From sequence record SRR20825019_669: a DNA stretch of 64,000 nucleotides, one strand, 5' to 3'. The notes beneath the pieces were generated by a model. That model was given only the letters and a program-made list of their open reading frames with translations. It did no database searches and had not been told where the DNA came from. Shown here piece by piece: positions 29,402 to 39,089 of the stretch (position 1 is its first letter; each line of letters begins with the position of its first letter). The position numbers and the translations under genes were made by a program.

Positions 29402-31093
29402 TCAACCGCCGGCTCCGGAGTTGCCTGCTTCCTGGTACATCCAGTTCCGGATGATGGCGACAGCTTCTTCGGGGTGTTTCTCCACGATCTCGCCGATTTT
29501 CTTCAGGGAAGACGCACGAACCCGGCCCTCGACCTGATTGATATCGATCATCTGATCAAGCAGGCTGTCCTCTTCGTCGTCGCCTTCCAGAAGTTCGGCC
29601 ATATCGGCGGTGGCGCCTGGTCCGGTGAGCTGGGCGATGGCATCCGCGCCGGCAATCATGCCGCCCGGCCCGCCGCTTGCGGCAAGGGTGGTCGGCATCG
29701 ATTCAAAGAGGCGTGTCAGCACGGGCCGTACGACCAGCAGGATCACGAGAAGGCCGACGACGGCCAGTACGAGAACTTCGGCAAGCTGCAGGAATTCGTC
29801 CTTGGAAATGCCAAACAGGAGGGAGCCGTCATCCAGGTCAAGCGGCTCAAGCTTGACGAACTGCATGTTCACGACTTCAACCGTGTCACCTCGGCTTCCA
29901 TTATAGCCGACGGCGGAGCGCACGAGCGTGGCGATCTGCTCCAGCTCTTCTTCGGTTCGAGGCTGGTAGACCTTTTCCCCGTCTTCGTTTTCGACATAGC
30001 GTCCGTCAACCAGGACGGCTACGGAGAGATTCTGGATCTCTCCCGCTTCCTTGACGCGGTTGCGCACGGTGCGGCTGATTTCGAAATTGACGGTTTCCTC
30101 AGTGCGGGAAGAGTCGGAGCGGGCGGACAGATCGCCAGCTCCGGCATTGGCCTCGGCTTCCGGCAGGTTGTTCTCTACTGAAACCGTGTCCTGCTTGTTT
30201 CGTTCCTGGGAGCTTTCGCTTTCTTCGATGGTCTGCGTCGAGCGGGCGACCTGGCTGTCCGGATCGTATATCTCCGATTGCTCGGTGAAACGGTCATAGT
30301 CGATATCGGCGCTGATCTCCGCACGGACACGGCCAAGCCCGACAATACGTTCGACCAGTTCCTCGACGGAGCCGCGAATGCGATTCTCGAAGGCCAGCCG
30401 CATTTCCTCGGAACTTTGGCCGGGAAGGGTGCCGTCCTCGTCATTGGTTCCCCGGGCCAGCAGCTGGCCCCGGCTGTCGAGGATGGAAATGTTCTGCGGT
30501 TCCATGTCCGGAACGGCGGCGGCAACAAGATGCTGGATTGCCAGAACCTGTTCACGGCCAAGGCGGCCGGCCCCCTGAACCTGGAGCACGACGGATGCGC
30601 TCGGCTTGCGGCGTTCGCGGCTGAAGAGTTCGCGCTGCGGCAGCACCAGATGAACACGGGCGCCGCGCACATTGTTCATTGCGCCGATGGTCCGCCCAAG
30701 CTCGCCTTCGAGCGCGCGAACCAGATTGACGTTCTGAACAAAATTGGTGGTTCCGAGGCCATCGGACTTGTCGAAGATTTCGTACCCCATGGTCCCGCCG
30801 CCCGGCACGCCTTGCTCGGCGAGGGTCACGCGGAGTTTCAGGACTTCGTCGCCGGGGACAAAAACCTGCTGGCCTCCAGCCTTCAGTTCGTACTGAATAT
30901 TGCGGGATTCGAGTTCCTTGACGATGGCACCGCTGTCGGCGGGATCGAGGTCGCCATAAAGCAACGACATCCCGCCCGTGGAGAGGCGGGAGGCAAGGAA
31001 GATGAAGAATCCAAGCACTGCAACCGCTGTCCCGACCAGGGCGGCGATACGGATGGGGCCGAGATTACGAATCAGGTCGACAAGAGGATTCAT
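29402..31093 (-). CDS. fliF: Flagellar MS-ring protein FliF
   Basis: GYEIFD, RALEGELGRTI, ARVHLVLP, SASV, LSVAVLVDG, AVAIIRNWM. Confidence 0.96.
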   Translation of the reverse strand: MNPLVDLIRNLGPIRIAALVGTAVAVLGFFIFLASRLSTGGMSLLYGDLDPADSGAIVKELESRNIQYELKAGGQQVFVPGDEVLKLRVTLAEQGVPGGGTMGYEIFDKSDGLGTTNFVQNVNLVRALEGELGRTIGAMNNVRGARVHLVLPQRELFSRERRKPSASVVLQVQGAGRLGREQVLAIQHLVAAAVPDMEPQNISILDSRGQLLARGTNDEDGTLPGQSSEEMRLAFENRIRGSVEELVERIVGLGRVRAEISADIDYDRFTEQSEIYDPDSQVARSTQTIEESESSQERNKQDTVSVENNLPEAEANAGAGDLSARSDSSRTEETVNFEISRTVRNRVKEAGEIQNLSVAVLVDGRYVENEDGEKVYQPRTEEELEQIATLVRSAVGYNGSRGDTVEVVNMQFVKLEPLDLDDGSLLFGISKDEFLQLAEVLVLAVVGLLVILLVVRPVLTRLFESMPTTLAASGGPGGMIAGADAIAQLTGPGATADMAELLEGDDEEDSLLDQMIDINQVEGRVRASSLKKIGEIVEKHPEEAVAIIRNWMYQEAGNSGAGG

Positions 31094-31204
31094 GGGTTAT
31101 AATCCCCGCAGTTGCGCGCAGCTGAGGCCCGAAATTTCATCGGGAGGGTTTCGCGAATACATTGCATTTTATATGTATCTTTCGAAAATTGAAAGAACCC
31201 TCTG

Positions 31205-31217
31205 GGCAAAAACTGCC
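31205..31217. promoter_or_regulatory. ftr-like (FlbD-type) palindrome upstream of fliF
   Basis: GGCAAAAACTGCC; resembles Caulobacter ftr elements. Confidence 0.5.
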
Positions 31218-31283
31218 TAGTCAATATATCTGACTGTGAATCGAAAGAGAACAATTAATTAGCGGCTGAACTTGTGGTATTGG

Positions 31284-31299
31284 TTAAGGAATATTTGAC
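31284..31299 (+). promoter_or_regulatory. CtrA-like box between fliF and the TPR-glycosyltransferase gene
   Basis: TTAA-GGAATAT-TTGAC, one mismatch to TTAA-N7-TTAAC. Confidence 0.5.
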
Positions 31300-31357
31300 C
31301 GTATGTCTATCTGGTGGGATCTGATGTGTCCCACACATGCGTCGCGGAGAGGTGATA

Positions 31358-32920
31358 ATGGCGAAAAGTGAATCTCCGAAAGGGATGCCGGGCAATTCGC
31401 AGATGACGGCCTCTTTCAGCGGCGCGGTGGATGTATCGCGGTCGCGTCATGTCACCATGGCGACCAAGGCAACGCATCTTCTCAAGCAAGGGCAGCTTGA
31501 GCCGGCTCGCAAATTGTTCACAGAGATTTTAAGCGAGAACGAGGATGACGTGTTCGCAATGCATGGTATCGCTCTCGTTGCCCGTGATATGGGGCGATTG
31601 CCAACCTCTGTGGAGCTGATGAAGAAAGCTCTTGCGCTAGATCCGCGAAACCCAATGATTTCCAGCAATCTCGGGACAATTCACGAGGCAATGAAAGAGT
31701 ATGAAGAAGCGCTGACCTGTTACAGGAATTCGCTCAAATGGGGCATTCGCGATGCTGCCATTCATAACAATATCGGTAGTGTTCTCTCAAAACTCGGACG
31801 CCGGACAGAGGCGCTTATTGCCTTCCGCAAGGCTCTAAAAGCGGGCGTCGAGTTTCCCGAGGCCATGACCAATATGGCGACGATGCTTGGTGATCTCGGG
31901 GATTTCAAGCAGGCGGACTATTACTTTCGCCGCGCTCTGGAACTGGATCCGGAGAACCCGCATGCGCACCACAATCTCGGTTTTATGATGCTGCGTCAGG
32001 GACTCTGGGAAGAGGCCTGGTTTCATTGTGAATGGCGGATGGTGGCAACCAATAAAGGAGTGCCGTGGCGGAAATTTCCGCAACCGCTTTGGAACGGGAA
32101 TCCGTTTCAGGGCGCCCGGCTCATGCTTTATGCAGAGCAGGGGATTGGTGACGAGATACGGTTTGCGAGCATGATTCCGGAAGCTATTGCCCGCGGCGGC
32201 GAAGTGGTTGTCGAATGCGCTCCCCGCCTTGTGTCGCTCTTTCAGCGTTCCTTCCCCCAGGTTAGGGTCGTTCCCGCGAAATATTGGCCTGCAGAGGAAG
32301 GTGTGGAGCCGTTTGATATTGCGTGCCCCTTCGGAACCCTCGGGAGGTTGTTCAGGCAGGATAAAGAAAAATTCCCGGTTCATTCCGGATATATCAAGCC
32401 TGATCCGCAACTGGTCGAGGAGTTCCGGGAACGTCTGAAAACAGCCGGGCCGGGGCCATATGTAGGGCTGTGTTGGCGAAGTGGTCTGAGGGGAGCTTAC
32501 CGAACCGAGTATTATTCCGAGATTGAAGACATGCGCGCTCTCATGAAGGTTGATGGTGTGACCTTTGTGAATTTGCAGTACGACGCAACTGCTGAAGAGC
32601 TGGAAACCGCGAAGTCGGAATTCGGTGTCGACCTCATTGCCTGGGACGATGTGGATCTGAAGAATGAGCTGGAGAAAGCTGCCGCGCTCACGAGTTGCAT
32701 GGATCTTGTTGTGAGTCCCGCGACTTCGGTTTCTGTTATGTCTGGAGCACTTGGTGTCGAGACGATCGAGTTCCGGCCATTCCCGATCTCAGATAGTTAT
32801 TTCAAGAATGGCCGGTGCCCGTGGTTCCCGAGCGTGAGATATTTTGCGAAACGGCAATCCGAAAAATGGAACAAGGTTTTGCGCACCATTGCCGTCGAAA
32901 TCGAGGCTTTAAAAGACTGA
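31358..32920 (+). CDS. TPR + GT-B glycosyltransferase, FlmG/FlbA-like (copy 1)
   Basis: About six TPR-like repeats, then EQGIGDEIRF, RLVSLFQRSFP, VGLCWRSG, VNLQY, DLVVS; ATG after GGAGAGG. Confidence 0.75.
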   Translation: MAKSESPKGMPGNSQMTASFSGAVDVSRSRHVTMATKATHLLKQGQLEPARKLFTEILSENEDDVFAMHGIALVARDMGRLPTSVELMKKALALDPRNPMISSNLGTIHEAMKEYEEALTCYRNSLKWGIRDAAIHNNIGSVLSKLGRRTEALIAFRKALKAGVEFPEAMTNMATMLGDLGDFKQADYYFRRALELDPENPHAHHNLGFMMLRQGLWEEAWFHCEWRMVATNKGVPWRKFPQPLWNGNPFQGARLMLYAEQGIGDEIRFASMIPEAIARGGEVVVECAPRLVSLFQRSFPQVRVVPAKYWPAEEGVEPFDIACPFGTLGRLFRQDKEKFPVHSGYIKPDPQLVEEFRERLKTAGPGPYVGLCWRSGLRGAYRTEYYSEIEDMRALMKVDGVTFVNLQYDATAEELETAKSEFGVDLIAWDDVDLKNELEKAAALTSCMDLVVSPATSVSVMSGALGVETIEFRPFPISDSYFKNGRCPWFPSVRYFAKRQSEKWNKVLRTIAVEIEALKD

Positions 32921-32921
32921 G

Positions 32922-33236
32922 CTAATTTCCGTTCCGCAGCCGTCTTGAGGCTCGACGATAATCTTGCACCCGTGTTGCTCTGAGGGCTCGCGTTCCGTGC
33001 GACTTTATCAACTGGCACCAATGCGCGAATTCCTCGTGGCTGAGGCTGTATCGTTCACATGCCTGGTCGAGTGTAATCAGGCCGTCCTCGACGGCACGCA
33101 CAACCTGTGCCTTGCGGCTGACGACCCACCGTTTGGTGTTTGCCGGCGGAAGTTTGGCAAACGGATCGTTCGAAGCCGGATTGGGTTCGATTGAATTTGG
33201 GGGCGATTTTATATTCTGCTGCTTTTCTGCGGTCAT
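32922..33236 (-). CDS. sciP: CtrA inhibitor SciP (DUF1153)
   Basis: LPPANTKRWVVSRKAQVV.AV..GL...ACERYSLS.EEF..W...G..ALRATRVQDYR. Confidence 0.92.
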   Translation of the reverse strand: MTAEKQQNIKSPPNSIEPNPASNDPFAKLPPANTKRWVVSRKAQVVRAVEDGLITLDQACERYSLSHEEFAHWCQLIKSHGTRALRATRVQDYRRASRRLRNGN

Positions 33237-33289
33237 CTTTTCAACGCATGATCAAAATGCCGGTCTCATGTAAAAATAAGCCGCGCTCC

Positions 33290-33304
33290 CTAAAAAAACC
33301 TTAA
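33290..33304 (-). promoter_or_regulatory. CtrA-like box upstream of sciP
   Basis: Minus strand TTAA-GGTTTTT-TTAG; sciP is CtrA-activated in Caulobacter. Confidence 0.55.
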
Positions 33305-33332
33305 GAGCCAGGACTTTCCGAAAATATTGAGT

Positions 33333-33361
33333 AAAAAAAAGCCCCGGCGAAACGCCGGGGC
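33333..33361 (-). terminator. Intrinsic terminator after flgE
   Basis: GCCCCGGCG-AAA-CGCCGGGGC stem followed on the minus strand by 8 T. Confidence 0.88.
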
Positions 33362-33397
33362 ATAAGAAAATCGGTAGAAAATGAGCGGAGGAGCCAC

Positions 33398-34708
33398 TTA
33401 CCGCTTGATGCGGATGATTTCGTCCAGCAGCTCGTCACCGGTTGTGATTATGCGAGTTGCAGCGGAATAGGCACGCTGCGTCACGATCAAATCGGTGAAC
33501 TCGGTTGCAATATCGGTGGTCGAGTTCTCCAGAGCGCCAGATTGTATCCGGCCCGTACCGCCGTTCGTCGGAATGCTGAGAACGATGTCGCCAGAGGTTG
33601 AGGTGACCCCGTAGGCGTTACCGTTCAGGGCACTCAATTCTGTCGCGGACGGGACTGTCCCGAGTGGCAGTCGATAGATGTTTCGGGTTTGCCCGTTGGC
33701 AAAGTTCGCTGCGACCAATCCGTCTTCAGTGATCGAAACACCTGTCAGAGCGGATGGGCCGGAGCCATCCTGGTTCAGCAGTGAGGTTTCAAACTCACCA
33801 TTGAACTGCGACATGCCTGTCGGTTGGCCGAATGTGCCCCAGTTGATTGTGATTGTGGCGGTATCAACCACGCGGCTGAATTCACCTGGGCCGATGGTCA
33901 AAGTCTCGGTTGCGGCTTCGTTCGTTGCGCCGGGGGCGACACCGTCCACTGCCCGCAAGCTGCCATCGGTATTAAATACCATGGTGTGCGCACCGCCGCC
34001 AATCGAGACGGAGACGGCGGACGTCGTGCCCGGGTTCTGAACCAGATCATAACGATATGTCCAGGTGTTTGCGGCAGCCGATTTTGTCCATGTCGTCCGG
34101 AGCAGATAGTCGAAGCCCTGGGAGTCATAAATCGTGATGTTGGTGACGACCGACTCACCGGTGGCGGCGCCTGCTGGTACGTTGGCGTTTATGGTGACAT
34201 CGTCCGTGGCGTTCGCGATCTGACCGAACTGGGACAGGTCGACTGTCTCAAGGCTGGTCAGCAGGTCGCGTGTGTCCTCGTTGACGATATTGCCGGAGAC
34301 ATCTGTGCGCCAGCCCTGCAGGTAATAGCCCGCCGTATTGACCAGGCGACCGTTCTCGTCCGTGTTGAAAGCACCGGCCCGGGTCAGCAGGTACTCGTCG
34401 TCCGCTCCCGGGTCCGCTGCGCCGTTGACTACGAAGAAGCCATTGCCGTCGACGGCGATGTCTGTCGTGCTGGTCGTGCCCTGCAGCAGGCCTTGTCGGC
34501 TCGGATCCGTCAGCGGCTTGCTCTGCACGCCACCGGGCGTAAAGGCCGTTGCGGTCGGGCTGCGGGTGACCAGGGTCTGGAACCGTGCTTGCGTCTCTTT
34601 ATAGCCGACGGTTTGCGAGTTCGCGATGTTGTCAGAGATAATTCCGAATGCGGTTGCTTGCGACGCGATCGCCGCAACACCCGCAAAAAGTCCACCGGTA
34701 ACACTCAT
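33398..34708 (-). CDS. flgE: Flagellar hook protein FlgE
   Basis: ISDNIANSQTVGYK, DGNGFF, TRAGAF, LENSTTDIATEFTDLIVTQRAY. Confidence 0.94.
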   Translation of the reverse strand: MSVTGGLFAGVAAIASQATAFGIISDNIANSQTVGYKETQARFQTLVTRSPTATAFTPGGVQSKPLTDPSRQGLLQGTTSTTDIAVDGNGFFVVNGAADPGADDEYLLTRAGAFNTDENGRLVNTAGYYLQGWRTDVSGNIVNEDTRDLLTSLETVDLSQFGQIANATDDVTINANVPAGAATGESVVTNITIYDSQGFDYLLRTTWTKSAAANTWTYRYDLVQNPGTTSAVSVSIGGGAHTMVFNTDGSLRAVDGVAPGATNEAATETLTIGPGEFSRVVDTATITINWGTFGQPTGMSQFNGEFETSLLNQDGSGPSALTGVSITEDGLVAANFANGQTRNIYRLPLGTVPSATELSALNGNAYGVTSTSGDIVLSIPTNGGTGRIQSGALENSTTDIATEFTDLIVTQRAYSAATRIITTGDELLDEIIRIKR

Positions 34709-34817
34709 GTTAAATCTCCATTCACAAGGCCGGGGCGTAACCCGCCGGCCGTTTCTACCGATGATGCCGGTCTGGCATCGTGGCCGGGGGCTTCTCTATG
34801 GCCCCGGTCCTTCCGCC

Positions 34818-35486
34818 TTAAACGGCGGAAACGCGTGTTATTTCATTCATCTCGACGATGATCTTTCCGACCATCAGGCTTGGTCCGTCCTCGCCGGTGA
34901 CAACACCGGTTACCAGTCCGACAGCCTCGACCTCGGCCGTTATGCCTTCGTTGTCGGCGTCGAGTGCATTGATCTGAATTGAATAGGGCCCGTTCGGTAG
35001 CTTTTCGCCATCCTCATTGGTACCGTCCCAGTTGAACTCAAAGCGTTCGCCGGAACCGGTCTGGCCTTCTTCCGAATAAACCAGATCACCAGCCGCGTTG
35101 AAGACGTTGACGGTGGTCGAGTTCGCCTCGGATTCGAGCAGGTAACCCCAACTCGCACCGTCATCGGTGAGATTGGTGTTGTTACCGTTGAAGATCACAT
35201 GCTCGCCGATATAGTTGACCGCTGCCGCGTTCGTGTTTGCTGCCTGTGCGGAAACCAGGGACGCCAGGGACTTGTTGGTCTCGATTTGCTGCTCGACGGC
35301 GGTGAACTGGACCAACTGGTTGGTCATCTCGTTCGTATCCATCGGACTGGTCGGATCCTGGTTTTGCAGCTGCGTCAGAAACAGCGTCAGGAACTGGTCG
35401 CGCTCGTCTTCGAGCCGCTCCTCTGTTGTCTGCTGTGCCGCGAAGATGCTGGAGCCGCTTGTTGTGCTTGAAACTGCGTCCGCCAT
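34818..35486 (-). CDS. flgD: Flagellar hook capping protein FlgD
   Basis: FLTLFLTQLQNQDPTSPMD, QLVQFTAVEQ, FNWDG. Confidence 0.95.
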   Translation of the reverse strand: MADAVSSTTSGSSIFAAQQTTEERLEDERDQFLTLFLTQLQNQDPTSPMDTNEMTNQLVQFTAVEQQIETNKSLASLVSAQAANTNAAAVNYIGEHVIFNGNNTNLTDDGASWGYLLESEANSTTVNVFNAAGDLVYSEEGQTGSGERFEFNWDGTNEDGEKLPNGPYSIQINALDADNEGITAEVEAVGLVTGVVTGEDGPSLMVGKIIVEMNEITRVSAV

Positions 35487-35498
35487 GTCATCAGCCTC

Positions 35499-37526
35499 CT
35501 AGGCTACCAGGTTCAGCGACCCGTCGTCGCCGATACCGTCGTGTTCCGAACCGGTGGTGTCCGTTGCCGGCAGCTCGTCGCCGCCATTAAGATCACCTCC
35601 ATCTTGCGAGAGGGGCCCGTTTCCGGAACCGGCATGCTGTTGTTGCCTCTCGTTGGTGCCGCCGCCTCTCATCTGAAAGTCGAGGCTATCGCCACCGGTC
35701 TTGAATCCTGCGTCTTGCAAAGCCCGTTCCAATTGCTTTGCATCACGCTGTAAAAGGTCCATGGTTTCCGGCTTGTCAACGATCACAGTTCCCCGAACTC
35801 CGCCGTCAGAGCCGAATTCGAGGCGAACCTCTACCTTTCCAAGCTCTGAGGGATTAAGCTGGATTTTGATCTTGTCGAGGCCGCCATGGGCAGCTTTTAC
35901 CAGCTTCACCTTGACCTGTTCGGTCGCTGGAGTGGGCAAAGTCTGCCGATCCTGAGTGGTCACTGTACGGTCGACAGACGCGCTTTTCAGTGTGTCAGCA
36001 AAACCAGTGCTCGTACCTTGAGCTGGAAGGTCGGCTGCCCGTGATGCATTGGACGTTGTATTGGCCGGATCGGCTTGTCCACGCTGTGTGGATGACGATT
36101 GTTGACGGACAGATGCAAGCTGTTCCGGTGTCGTGACGCTATTTTGAGGCTGCGTCACGGCTGTGAATGCCGTTGCCGCCGGGTTTGTCGGGGTGGTTTG
36201 ACCTGCTATTGCGGGATTGGGTTGGCCCGGATTGGCAGGCACCTTGGCGCCAGCATTCTCATTTGAAGCCGTCACCGCATTGCTGCGCTTCACATTGGAG
36301 CCGCCAAGCGCGTTTGACCTTACTGCCCGGCTGTTCAGAGCTGTAGCGGCTGCAATTGTTTCTTCGGAGGTCGGAAGAGCGGCTTGTTTGGCGGAACCTT
36401 CGGCCGATAGGCCGCGATTGCTGGCCGTAAGGGCGGTCTCTGCTGAAACGGCAGGTTTTGCCGGCTCTTGAGAGACGATTTCTATCTTTGGCTTTGCTGC
36501 CGTCTCTGCCGCAGTCTTCGCGGCGATTGCAGCCGTCGCCTGTGCGTTGCCTTCAACCGGCTGTTTTTTCCCAGCACCATTGGGCGCGGCTGGCGTCTGT
36601 GTGCTAGCGGGCACGGCCTGATTGGTTTGCGCCGGAGTTGCAGTCTGAGGCTGGGGAGCCGTTGTCGGCTGACCCGCGGCGCCCGACTTCTTACCTTGAT
36701 GAGAGGCCTCGGATTGTGCCTGTGGGGGCCACGGAACGGGTAATTTGAGAGTCGTTGTGTCATCGCCAGATACAGCGCTTTGTGTCTTGGCTGCTGTGTT
36801 CTGGTCGGTCTGGGTCAGCTTTTCAAGTGCGGCGAGCTTCGGGTCCCTGGACGTGGTTGCGGGTGTCGCCGCTGCCTTCTGTGCAGGAGCCTCTGCATAC
36901 TGCCCCTTTGTGTTGTCGGCGTTCGCGGCTGCAGCTGCCTGCTCAGAAGATGCCTGCGCGGTTTTCTGCTCCGGAACAACAGGTGTCGCAATTACTTCGG
37001 GTGTGGGAATATCGGCTTGTGCGGATGATGCCGTATCGACACCTTCTGCCGGAGTGGATTTATCATCCGCACTTTCAGTGCCTTCATCAGCAGGCGCGGA
37101 TGTATCTGCCGGCTGATCTGGGACTGATTTTTTTGCAGACTCTTTAGTGGCCGCTGATGCGGTGTCGGATTGTCCGTTCGCGGCTTTGCCCGCATTTGTG
37201 GCAGTAGCGCTGGCTTGCTCTTTTGTGCTGGTTTGAGACTGTTCGGGCTTGCGCTGTGCCGTATCCGATGAATCGGTCCGTGTGGGCGCGGCATTATCCG
37301 ATTGCCGATCGCTCCGGCTGTCTTCGGTTTTGCGCTCCCGGTCGGACCGATAGCTTGCCGTGGGCGAGGACGCGGTTTCTCGTGGCTCGTTCGCTTCTTT
37401 ATAGTCATCGAGCCTGAATTTCGGGCGGTCAGGATTACGTGCCGCGATCGGATCAAAGGCTAATCCGCCTGCGTGCTTCCCGGTGTAACCGATTGCTGGA
37501 TCGTTTGTCGTTGATACGGGAGACAT
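35499..37526 (-). CDS. fliK: Flagellar hook-length control protein FliK
   Basis: Low-complexity body, C-terminal IQLNPSELGKVEV...LLQRDAKQLERALQDAG; directly before flgD. Confidence 0.9.
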   Translation of the reverse strand: MSPVSTTNDPAIGYTGKHAGGLAFDPIAARNPDRPKFRLDDYKEANEPRETASSPTASYRSDRERKTEDSRSDRQSDNAAPTRTDSSDTAQRKPEQSQTSTKEQASATATNAGKAANGQSDTASAATKESAKKSVPDQPADTSAPADEGTESADDKSTPAEGVDTASSAQADIPTPEVIATPVVPEQKTAQASSEQAAAAANADNTKGQYAEAPAQKAAATPATTSRDPKLAALEKLTQTDQNTAAKTQSAVSGDDTTTLKLPVPWPPQAQSEASHQGKKSGAAGQPTTAPQPQTATPAQTNQAVPASTQTPAAPNGAGKKQPVEGNAQATAAIAAKTAAETAAKPKIEIVSQEPAKPAVSAETALTASNRGLSAEGSAKQAALPTSEETIAAATALNSRAVRSNALGGSNVKRSNAVTASNENAGAKVPANPGQPNPAIAGQTTPTNPAATAFTAVTQPQNSVTTPEQLASVRQQSSSTQRGQADPANTTSNASRAADLPAQGTSTGFADTLKSASVDRTVTTQDRQTLPTPATEQVKVKLVKAAHGGLDKIKIQLNPSELGKVEVRLEFGSDGGVRGTVIVDKPETMDLLQRDAKQLERALQDAGFKTGGDSLDFQMRGGGTNERQQQHAGSGNGPLSQDGGDLNGGDELPATDTTGSEHDGIGDDGSLNLVA

Positions 37527-37561
37527 GTTTCGCCCTCGCGTGTTGTTCTGTAGAGGGAGAA

Positions 37562-37576
37562 GCAAAGAATGGGCCA
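37562..37576 (-). promoter_or_regulatory. Sigma54 promoter of fliK-flgD-flgE
   Basis: Minus strand TGGCCCATTCTTTGC (GG-N10-GC). Confidence 0.8.
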
Positions 37577-37583
37577 AATATTT

Positions 37584-37598
37584 CGGCAAAATTTGCCG
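37584..37598. promoter_or_regulatory. ftr-like (FlbD-type) palindrome next to the fliK promoter
   Basis: CGGCAAA-A-TTTGCCG inverted repeat. Confidence 0.6.
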
Positions 37599-37762
37599 GT
37601 TGATGATCTCGCTGGCTCGTTTGGTAGGAGGGAGTGATAAAGGGGGAAGATTGTTCCCGGTAAGGGCGCAAGATAATGTTAGCAGGGGAGGTGTACGAAA
37701 TTTGATAGATTCTATGAGGGGAGAATTATTGTCGGCAAGGGAGGTGTGTGCGTTTTTTTAGT

Positions 37763-37775
37763 TAAGGCATTGATT
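37763..37775 (-). promoter_or_regulatory. IHF consensus site in the fliK/flagellin divergent region
   Basis: Minus strand AATCAA-TGCC-TTA matches WATCAA-N4-TTR. Confidence 0.5.
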
Positions 37776-37917
37776 TAAAATGAAAAATAATTTAATTACA
37801 ATTTTAGATTTTTTATTGACAACATTTATGAAAATGTAGATTATAGGTTCGTGGGTAATGCCCGCTGTCAGCAAAAAGCTGATTTAACCTGAGCCCTTAG
37901 AAAGAGGACTTGAAAAA

Positions 37918-38745
37918 ATGGCTATCCAAAACTCTGTTTTGACCAACCCGTCTTCCTTTGTTGCCCTTCGCACCCTGAATGGCATCAACCGCTCGCTTGA
38001 TGTAACCCAGAACCGTGTCTCCACGGGCCTGAAGGTTGCGGGCGCCCTGGATGACGCGTCCAACTTTGCTATCTCGCAGGGTATCCGTGCTGAACTTAAG
38101 GCTATCGACGCTGTTACGCAGGGTCTGAATAACGCCAAAGGCATCGGTAACGTTGCGATCGCCGGTGTGACCGGTATCTCCAATCTGCTTGCTGACGTCC
38201 GCGGTAAACTGACGGAGCTTGCTAACGAAGGTATCACAAGCACGCAACGTCAGATCCTGACCAATGACTTCGACGAGTTGCTTTCCCAGGCGGCTAACTT
38301 CATTGCCAACGCAAACTTTAACGGCGTGAACCTGATCGAGTCTGGTGCAGGTTCAGTTAATACGCTTTCGAACCTGGCTGGTGGTTTGCTTACTTTGACT
38401 GCGCAGAGCGTGGTCAATACGCAGGTCGGAAGTCTTGCCGGTGTGACGATGACAACCGCAACCAACGCCCAAAGCGTGATTGCGAACCAGTATGCCAACT
38501 TGGAGTCTGTCGTAAATACGGCACTCGGTTCTCTGGGGGCGGAAGTCCGGGCTCTCAATCTGCAGACCAGTTTCCTTGAGGAAATCAGGGATGCAACCGA
38601 CGAAGGCTTGGGCAATATCGTGGATGCTGATCTGGCTCGTGAATCCGCAAGACTCACGTCTTTGCAGGTTCAGCAGCAGCTGTCCACGCAGACCCTGGGC
38701 ATTGCGAACCAGCGTCCGCAGACTCTTCTCGGCCTGTTTGGTTAA
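37918..38745 (+). CDS. fliC: Flagellin 1 (275 aa, short alphaproteobacterial type)
   Basis: QNRVSTGLKV...DDASNFAI, NFNGVNL, VDADLARESARL.SLQVQQQL. Confidence 0.95.
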   Translation: MAIQNSVLTNPSSFVALRTLNGINRSLDVTQNRVSTGLKVAGALDDASNFAISQGIRAELKAIDAVTQGLNNAKGIGNVAIAGVTGISNLLADVRGKLTELANEGITSTQRQILTNDFDELLSQAANFIANANFNGVNLIESGAGSVNTLSNLAGGLLTLTAQSVVNTQVGSLAGVTMTTATNAQSVIANQYANLESVVNTALGSLGAEVRALNLQTSFLEEIRDATDEGLGNIVDADLARESARLTSLQVQQQLSTQTLGIANQRPQTLLGLFG

Positions 38746-38769
38746 AACCGGCTCAAATATTTTTCGGCG

Positions 38770-38795
38770 AAAGGGCGGCTTCGGCCGCCCTTTTT
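38770..38795 (+). terminator. Intrinsic terminator after flagellin 1
   Basis: AAAGGGCGGC-TTCG-GCCGCCCTTTTT. Confidence 0.9.
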
Positions 38796-39089
38796 GCGTT
38801 TGCGACTAAAATCGCAAATTCGGATGTTTCCGTAACGGTGTGCTTCGAGAAATCTCACAAGCCGAGCTGATCCGGAAACGACAGGAATTTCTAAATATTT
38901 CAATATTCTAAAGTGGCGCAACCAGAGGTTAGCCCCATGCGCGCGCAATCCCTCACTGAGATTAATCTTTTAGCAACTGTTTTGTGTGTTAATATCGGTT
39001 ATCCGCTCAAAGAAGCGGGTTTTGCTCTGGGGGCTTGCCCCTAAATACTGCGGAAAAAATTCCGCCGTCCTTAGAAAGAGGAGGCCAAA

